NCBI GenBank assembly: GCA_016938675.1
Contig: JAFGUF010000016.1
Coordinates: forward strand, 2,792 to 66,791
Reading direction: 5' to 3'
Length of the DNA stretch: 64,000 bases
Origin: Clostridia bacterium
GTDB lineage: Bacteria; Bacillota; Clostridia; Christensenellales; UMGS416
Shown here: one piece after another, positions 58,095 to 64,000 of the stretch
How positions within the stretch are numbered: the first letter of the stretch is position 1
Layout of the letters: each line of letters opens with the position of its first letter
Notes under the pieces: model-generated
The model's input: the letters and a program-made list of their open reading frames with translations, nothing else
What the model was told of the DNA's origin: nothing
Databases searched by the model: none
Position numbers and translations under genes: made by a program

Positions 58095-58406
58095 TTACCC
58101 CTCACTAACAATGTTAAATACCGTATCTAGCCCCGTAATAGTAAATATTTTTTTAATATGCTCTTTTAATCCTACGATGGTTACTACTCCGTCGTATACT
58201 TTGATATGCTTATTTATACTTACAAGCACTCCAAGGCCTGTAGAGTCTATGTAGTCCATATTCGTGCAATCCAATTTGAAATTAGCCTTCTGCTCGTTTA
58301 TACACCCTAACATGAGCTCTTTCAGTTTTGGAACGCTATATAAATCCATATCCGAATCAATATTAATTACCCATAAATTTTTTGCGCTGTCAAACGACTT
58401 ATTCAT
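58095..58406 (-). CDS. STAS-domain anti-sigma factor antagonist (SpoIIAA/RsbV-like)
   Basis: LDCTNMDYIDSTGLGVLV with the phosphorylatable Ser context DST GLG; 103 aa. Confidence 0.85.
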   Translation of the reverse strand: MNKSFDSAKNLWVINIDSDMDLYSVPKLKELMLGCINEQKANFKLDCTNMDYIDSTGLGVLVSINKHIKVYDGVVTIVGLKEHIKKIFTITGLDTVFNIVSEG

Positions 58407-58664
58407 AAGGTCCTCCGCTCTAATGCTTTTATTTATCTTTTCTATTTCTCACTGTACACCGATTTTCTTATATTTTACAATGTTATTGAATATTTTTCAA
58501 CAACATATAGTTAAATTTATCAATATCATATTAACAAAGTGTAAAAAAATACTGACTTATTGAATAAATCAGCCTTAAATGGTGTATATATATCTTTTTA
58601 CAATCTTCAAATTAAATTAAACTTTTTTATTCTTTTGTTTATTCTAGTATCATAAATTGACTAT

Positions 58665-59282
58665 TTAAATTATAAATACCCTGTTTTTATCTATCCTGAT
58701 TCTGTCATCGCACAAAAGAGCCAGTGAATTAACAAGGCATTTATGCTCATGCGGCAGAATTTTCTCAGCAAGGCTTTGGGGAGTATCCTCTTCTTCTACT
58801 GTCACGCATTCCTGCATAATTATAGGTCCAGTATCATAGTTAGCATCCACTAGGTGCACAGTGCACCCCGATATCTTTACCCCACCATCTATGACAGCCT
58901 TGTGCACATTCTGACCGAAATAGCCCTTGCCGCAAAACATCGGTATCAGCGATGGATGAACATTGATGATTTTATTTTCCCAGTTTTCAACTACTTTTTT
59001 CCCCAGTTTCTCAAGGTAGCCTGCAAGTACAATAATCTCTGCTTCAGCAGCGCAGAGTTCCTCATATACCTCCTGCTGCATCTTTTCTACCCCGCCGGAT
59101 GCAATCCTGTTTATGTATTTCGCGGGAATCCCCCTTCTTTGCGCCCTTTGCCTGGAGTACGCCTCTTTCCTGTTATATATCAATAGAACGACTTCGCCGT
59201 TTATTTTTCCCTGCTTGCAGCCATTAAGCACAGCCTCAAAATTGGTTCCTCCCCCGCTGGAAAGTACGGCAATTTTTTTCAT
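58665..59282 (-). CDS. purN: Phosphoribosylglycinamide formyltransferase
   Basis: [30 protein letters not shown]. Confidence 0.9.
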   Translation of the reverse strand: MKKIAVLSSGGGTNFEAVLNGCKQGKINGEVVLLIYNRKEAYSRQRAQRRGIPAKYINRIASGGVEKMQQEVYEELCAAEAEIIVLAGYLEKLGKKVVENWENKIINVHPSLIPMFCGKGYFGQNVHKAVIDGGVKISGCTVHLVDANYDTGPIIMQECVTVEEEDTPQSLAEKILPHEHKCLVNSLALLCDDRIRIDKNRVFII

Positions 59283-60283
59283 CGTATTTCCACTGCCTTT
59301 TCTCCGCTTTTTATTTCACCTATTATATAGCCGTCCACAATCTCACGCACCTTTTCTGCGTTCTTCGCATCGGTGCACATTACCATACCGATTCCCATAT
59401 TAAATGTGTTGTATGCGCTTTCTTTATTTATCCCGCTTTTTTTAACCAGTATGTCGAATATAGGAGGCCTCGGAAAGCTATTTAGATCAATTGATGCGGT
59501 CAGTCCGTCTGATAAAATCCTTGGTATGTTTTCTATGAACCCTCCTCCGGTAATGTGGCTGATTCCTTTTATCTGAGCGTTTTCAATCGCTTTCAACGCG
59601 TCCTTTACATATATTTTTGTAGGTTTCAATAGCTCTTCCCCTATTGTCATGCCCAGTTCATCGCTGTATACACTTAGGGATTTCTTGTCGTCTCCCAGCA
59701 CTTTCCTTACAAGTGAAAACCCATTGCTGTGTACTCCTGAAGAAGGTAAGCCAATGAGAACGTCTCCCGGCATTATGCCCTCGCCCTTTATGATTGCTTC
59801 CTTTTCCACTGCGCCTACGCAGAAGCCCGCTAGGTCATATTCCCCTTGCTGATAGAACCCCGGCATCTCGGCCGTCTCTCCCCCTATCAGCGCGCAGCCT
59901 GCTTGTATGCAGCCGTCACTTATTCCCTTTACTATTGATGCGGCAGTCTGGGGATCCAGCTTGCCTGTCGCAAGATAATCCAAAAAGAACATCGGCCTTG
60001 CGCCCTGGCATACAATATCGTTGGCGCACATCGCAACGCAGTCTATTCCTATTGTGTCGTGCTTTTCCATGCTGAAGGCTATTTTCAGCTTGGTTCCTAC
60101 GCCGTCCGTGCCGGATACAAGAACGGGCTGCTTCATGCCGCCCGGCAGCTGATATAAGCCGCCAAATGAGCCTATGTCGCCTATCACATTGCTGTCGTAT
60201 GTTTTTGCCGTATGCTCTTTCATCAGCTTCACGGCCTCATATCCAGCCTCTACGTCAACGCCTGCTGATTTATAGTCTATCAT
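59279..60283 (-). CDS. purM: Phosphoribosylformylglycinamidine cyclo-ligase (AIR synthase)
   Basis: [30 protein letters not shown]. Confidence 0.95.
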   Translation of the reverse strand: MIDYKSAGVDVEAGYEAVKLMKEHTAKTYDSNVIGDIGSFGGLYQLPGGMKQPVLVSGTDGVGTKLKIAFSMEKHDTIGIDCVAMCANDIVCQGARPMFFLDYLATGKLDPQTAASIVKGISDGCIQAGCALIGGETAEMPGFYQQGEYDLAGFCVGAVEKEAIIKGEGIMPGDVLIGLPSSGVHSNGFSLVRKVLGDDKKSLSVYSDELGMTIGEELLKPTKIYVKDALKAIENAQIKGISHITGGGFIENIPRILSDGLTASIDLNSFPRPPIFDILVKKSGINKESAYNTFNMGIGMVMCTDAKNAEKVREIVDGYIIGEIKSGEKAVEIR

Positions 60284-60297
60284 ATCTATTTAATCCT

Positions 60298-61734
60298 TTA
60301 CATGTCTTCAAAGCTCTGCTTTTCGAGTTCCAGCTTTATCGGGTAATCTCCGTCAAAGCAGCCCATGCAGAATTGATTTTTGCTTCCATTTACGCTCTGC
60401 AGCAAATCCTCTGCCGTAAGGTATTCCAAAGAATCCGCTCCTATTAGCTGGCATATTTCATCCACGGAATTGCTTGAGCCTATCAGCTGGTCAGCGGTAG
60501 GCGTATCTATTCCAAAATAGCATGGCCATTTAACAGGCGGAGATGATATGCGCATGTGCACTTCCCTTGCGCCGGCTTCCCTCAGCATCTCAACTATTTT
60601 TTTGGAAGTCGTACCTCTTACTATGCTGTCATCCACCAGCACCACTTTTTTGCCCTTTACGTTTCTGCTTAGCGCGTTAAGCTTCACCTTTACGCTCTGC
60701 TCTCTAACCTTTTGCTTGGGCTTAATAAATGTTCTTCCCACATATCGATTTTTAGCCAGCGCTTCACCATACAGTATGCCGCTCTCTTCTGAATAACCAA
60801 GAGCTGCTGTCACCGCTGAATCAGGCACTCCGGCAACTATATCTGCATCAACGGGCGCTTTCCTCGCCAGTATCCTTCCCGCCTTCGCCCTTGCGTCATA
60901 TACGGATATTCCGTCAATATGGCTGTCTGTTCTCGCGAAGTATACAAATTCAAAAATACAGAGCTTCTTGTGGTCTTTTTCTTCAATCATTGTGGAGCGT
61001 ACTCCATCCTTGCTGATTACTACCATTTCTCCCGGAAGAATATCCCTTATAAATTCTCCGTTCACTGCGTCCATAGCGCATGTTTCGCTGGATATTACGT
61101 ACATGTCGCCAACCCGCCCTAATGAAAGAGGCCGTATGCCATGCGGGTCACGCACACCAATAAGCTTATCATTTACAGCTATAACAAGTGCATAAGAACC
61201 CTTAAGCCATCTTGATGTTTTAATTATCGCATTTTCTATTGTATCTTCTGAATATCTGGCTAATAAATGTGCTATTACTTCTGTGTCAAGTGTAGTCTGG
61301 TTTATGTGCCCCAGCTGTAGCAGTTCGTCCCTCAATGTTTTATAATTTATTAGATTACCGTTGTGAGCCAATGCCATCTGTCCGCGCTTTGATGATATAA
61401 CCAAGGGCTGGGCATTAATAAGCTGCGATTCTCCACTGGTTGAGTAGCGGACGTGACCAATTCCAAGATGCCCGGGAGCCACAAGCTCGTCTATTCCCTC
61501 GTCGCCAAATACCTCCGTAACCAGGCCCATATCCTTGTGAAATGATATTTTGGAGCCATCGCTGGAAGCAATTCCCGCGGATTCCTGTCCTCTGTGCTGC
61601 AGCGCATAAAGCCCATAAAAAACCGCGTCTGTCACATTGTGTCCTGAAGCATCATACGCCCCAAAAACACCGCATTCCTCCGGAAGCCTGTCTGAATACG
61701 GCTTTATCAATTCAAATGAAATATTCGGCTTCAT
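60298..61734 (-). CDS. purF: Amidophosphoribosyltransferase
   Basis: ECGVFG Ntn Cys, HRGQESAGI, VVLVDDSIVRGTT. Confidence 0.95.
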   Translation of the reverse strand: MKPNISFELIKPYSDRLPEECGVFGAYDASGHNVTDAVFYGLYALQHRGQESAGIASSDGSKISFHKDMGLVTEVFGDEGIDELVAPGHLGIGHVRYSTSGESQLINAQPLVISSKRGQMALAHNGNLINYKTLRDELLQLGHINQTTLDTEVIAHLLARYSEDTIENAIIKTSRWLKGSYALVIAVNDKLIGVRDPHGIRPLSLGRVGDMYVISSETCAMDAVNGEFIRDILPGEMVVISKDGVRSTMIEEKDHKKLCIFEFVYFARTDSHIDGISVYDARAKAGRILARKAPVDADIVAGVPDSAVTAALGYSEESGILYGEALAKNRYVGRTFIKPKQKVREQSVKVKLNALSRNVKGKKVVLVDDSIVRGTTSKKIVEMLREAGAREVHMRISSPPVKWPCYFGIDTPTADQLIGSSNSVDEICQLIGADSLEYLTAEDLLQSVNGSKNQFCMGCFDGDYPIKLELEKQSFEDM

Positions 61735-62450
61735 TAATCAGCAGTTCCCCCCATCAGCCTATGCAGAACTTCCTGATATGCGTCCTCAACGCCGCCTAAG
61801 TCTCTGCGGAATCTGTCCTTGTCCAGCTTCTCATTTGTGTTTACGTCCCAGAACCTGCACGTATCCGGTGATATCTCGTCCGCAAGCAGGATTTCGCCTT
61901 TGTATCTTCCAAATTCAAGCTTAAAATCAATAAGCGTTATATCCATACCCTTTAAGTACTCTGTCATAAAGTCATTTACCATAAAAGAATATTTCGCTAT
62001 TTTGTCCATTTCTTCTTTTGTTGCCAGATTCATTGCTGCTATATGATAGTCGTTTATCATGGGGTCTCCGAGCTCATCATCCTTGTAGCAATATTCAAGA
62101 ACCGTGGTTGAAAGCTTTGTTCCCTCCTCCAGCCCCAGCCTTTTTGAAAGCGAACCTGCGGCAATATTCCGAACAATTACCTCTACCGGCACTATCTCAA
62201 CTTTCTTAACCAAAGTTTCCCTATCACTTAGTTCCTCTACATAGTGTGTAGGTATTCCTTGCTCTTCCAGAAGCCTGAACATGTGGTTGCTCATAAGGTT
62301 GTTAACTACGCCCTTGCCCACGATTGTCCCTTTTTTTACGCCGTTAAAAGCCGTTGCATCATCTTTATATGATACTATTACAAAATCTTCGTTTGAGGTT
62401 GCAAATACTTTTTTAGCTTTGCCTTCGTATAGCTGATTCAGCTTTTCCAT
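61734..62450 (-). CDS. purC: Phosphoribosylaminoimidazole-succinocarboxamide synthase
   Basis: [30 protein letters not shown]. Confidence 0.95.
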   Translation of the reverse strand: MEKLNQLYEGKAKKVFATSNEDFVIVSYKDDATAFNGVKKGTIVGKGVVNNLMSNHMFRLLEEQGIPTHYVEELSDRETLVKKVEIVPVEVIVRNIAAGSLSKRLGLEEGTKLSTTVLEYCYKDDELGDPMINDYHIAAMNLATKEEMDKIAKYSFMVNDFMTEYLKGMDITLIDFKLEFGRYKGEILLADEISPDTCRFWDVNTNEKLDKDRFRRDLGGVEDAYQEVLHRLMGGTAD

Positions 62451-62465
62451 TATGCACTCCTTTGC

Positions 62466-62960
62466 CTATTGAATAGAGTTATTGCTCTCTATTACTTTTT
62501 GTTTCATGGTCTCTTTATATTCCTTAAGTTTATCATCCAACGCACTGTATTTTAGTGCCATCATCTGTACTGCAAGCACAGCGGCGTTTTCAGAGCCGTT
62601 TACCGCGACAGTCGCTACAGGCACTCCCGGAGGCATCTGAACAATTGAAAGCAGGCTGTCAAGCCCGTCCATAAATGAGGATTTAACGGGAAGCCCTATC
62701 ACAGGCAATGTGGTATACGCCGCAATTACTCCCGGCAGGTGTGCAGCCTTTCCCGCGGCTGCTATTATTACATCAATCCCTTTGCTTTGTGCATTTCTTG
62801 AAAATTCTGAAGCAATGTCGGGAGTCCTGTGCGCAGAGCATACCAGCACTTCTACTTCGACCCCGAATTGCCTTAATGTGTTGATCGATCCCTCAACTAC
62901 CGGCATATCCGATGCTGACCCCATTATTATAGCCGCCTTTGGCATCTTGTCAGTTTTCAC
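62466..62960 (-). CDS. purE: 5-(carboxyamino)imidazole ribonucleotide mutase
   Basis: IIMGSASD, SAHRTP, AAGKAAHLPGV. GTG start preceded by AAGGATGGG. Confidence 0.9.
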   Translation of the reverse strand: MKTDKMPKAAIIMGSASDMPVVEGSINTLRQFGVEVEVLVCSAHRTPDIASEFSRNAQSKGIDVIIAAAGKAAHLPGVIAAYTTLPVIGLPVKSSFMDGLDSLLSIVQMPPGVPVATVAVNGSENAAVLAVQMMALKYSALDDKLKEYKETMKQKVIESNNSIQ

Positions 62961-63101
62961 TTTTATATCCCATCCTTTTTTGGCTGTATAAACAAATTTG
63001 GTTCGTTAATTATCATAACAAACCAAATATCAATTTACAACATAAAATCATATATTATTCTTATTTTTTTAAAAAATGTTCGTGTTTTTCGGAGAAGTTC
63101 C

Positions 63102-63809
63102 TTAGTTTGCATAAACCAGTTCCTGCAGCACGCCGCTGTCTTTGTACTCACTTAACTTCTGGTTAAATGCCTCCATCAGGCTGTTGTCTCCCTGCTCAAA
63201 CACCAGGTAAACATCTCTTGTATTTATAACATTGAAGTCGACTGCTTCGTCTGAAAGATTGCAGTATCGCAGGTAGTCTACCTCATTCACTATGATCCCG
63301 TCAAGCAGCCCGGATTCAAAGTCAGCGGTCAGCATCTCCGGGATTGCATAATATGAGTATCTTGCATTGTGAAAATCCGTAATAGCTTGGGCAGATTCCC
63401 TGATAAAGCCCACATCCAACACTCCGATTAATCCACCATCATCCAGATTTGCATTATCATGCTTTACAAAAAGAACCCTTGTTGTAAATATTACATCGCT
63501 GAGCATGTCTATATCATTTTTTTCGTCTATCATTATGTCTATCTCATCATTATGCAAGTCCGCCTGCCATGTGAGGTCCGTTTCACTTTTAAGGTAGACT
63601 TTAAGCCCCAATGAATTGGCGGCAGCTTTGATTACATTGACAACGGGCTCGTTAAGATACGAGCCCGGATAATAGCCTATTGTGATGCTTCCTTTGTATT
63701 CAGCTGTCTTTAAAGACGGGTCTTCGCTGCATGAGCATAAAAGCACTCCTGCAAGAACAACGAAAAAAACATTCATCAGTTTACGTGTTTTCTTTATTGA
63801 TTTCAGCAT
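63102..63809 (-). CDS. Lipoprotein, probable family-3 (amino-acid type) ABC substrate-binding protein
   Basis: Lipobox LAGVLLCSC, pattern ITIGYYPGSY...DIMID. Start set at MLKSIKK (GGAAAGGA upstream). Confidence 0.5.
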   Translation of the reverse strand: MLKSIKKTRKLMNVFFVVLAGVLLCSCSEDPSLKTAEYKGSITIGYYPGSYLNEPVVNVIKAAANSLGLKVYLKSETDLTWQADLHNDEIDIMIDEKNDIDMLSDVIFTTRVLFVKHDNANLDDGGLIGVLDVGFIRESAQAITDFHNARYSYYAIPEMLTADFESGLLDGIIVNEVDYLRYCNLSDEAVDFNVINTRDVYLVFEQGDNSLMEAFNQKLSEYKDSGVLQELVYAN

Positions 63810-63860
63810 TCGTTCCTTTCCGGCATCATCATTTTTTAAGGCAGCCACTATTGCCTATAA

Positions 63861-64000
63861 TTACTCTACAGAAATAATATAATAATACAGAGGCTGTCCG
63901 CCTGTCTGGAGGTCAACTTCGTGCTCAGGATACTTCTTCTTTACGGAAGCAAGCAAGGTCTCTGCTTCTTTTTCCTTTGTGTCCTCACCTCTGAAAATAG
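63861..64000 (-). CDS. Partial CDS (C-terminal 46 aa), possibly a DAK2-domain YloV-like protein
   Basis: Manual translation gives ...IFRGEDTKEKEAETLLASVKKKYPEHEVDLQTGGQPLYYYIISVE*. The GGQP-x-Y-x-Y-x-ISVE ending matches my recollection of YloV C-termini. The 5' part lies outside the window. Confidence 0.35.
   Translation of the reverse strand, partial: IFRGEDTKEKEAETLLASVKKKYPEHEVDLQTGGQPLYYYIISVE

Noticed and set aside
62961-63101. Purine riboswitch or PurR operator upstream of purE
   Set aside because: I could not recognise the conserved purine-riboswitch core. Two CGAAC-containing PurBox-like half-sites (around 63005 and 63080, minus strand) are in direct rather than inverted orientation and about 75 nt apart. 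The evidence is too weak to call.

Overview
This is a low-GC, densely coding Firmicutes (Clostridia-like) chromosomal segment, annotated by eye from the sequence and the ORF track only (no BLAST or HMM). Most of it is housekeeping. It contains thrS behind a T-box leader, infC-rpmI-rplT, smc-ftsY-lon-engB, purE-purC-purF-purM-purN and a four-subunit 2-oxoacid:ferredoxin oxidoreductase. It also contains comB-cysK and two oxidative-stress clusters (Fur/PerR-like plus reverse rubrerythrin; DUF1858, rubredoxin and flavodiiron protein). Other features are a YesM/YesN-type two-component system, an EF-G paralogue, a 1428-aa wall-anchored adhesin and a sigma-factor partner-switching operon. Two tRNA genes mark accessory DNA. 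(1) tRNA-Ala(GGC) at 613-689 abuts the edge of an element that carries ATGTTAGAT repeats and a partial Nmad2-like gene. (2) tRNA-Asn(GUU) at 32324-32398 is followed by about 8-9 kb of AT-rich DNA organised as six small gene cassettes. These are separated by five decayed copies of a ~100-nt module (pseudo tRNA-Asn 3' end, terminator hairpin, ATGCCACAC hairpin), and no recombinase gene lies inside. This integrase-less, tRNA-anchored cassette array is the most unusual structure in the window. One cassette carries a TIR-like gene that appears to be split by a 1-nt homopolymer frameshift from an uncharacterised repeat-containing C-terminal region. That gene is the best candidate for an undescribed defence-type gene. 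Other points of interest are a HEPN-like/CBS fusion protein, an L20 with a 110-aa Ala/Lys/Thr/Pro repeat tail, and a partner-switching operon with a degenerate and an intact anti-sigma kinase.
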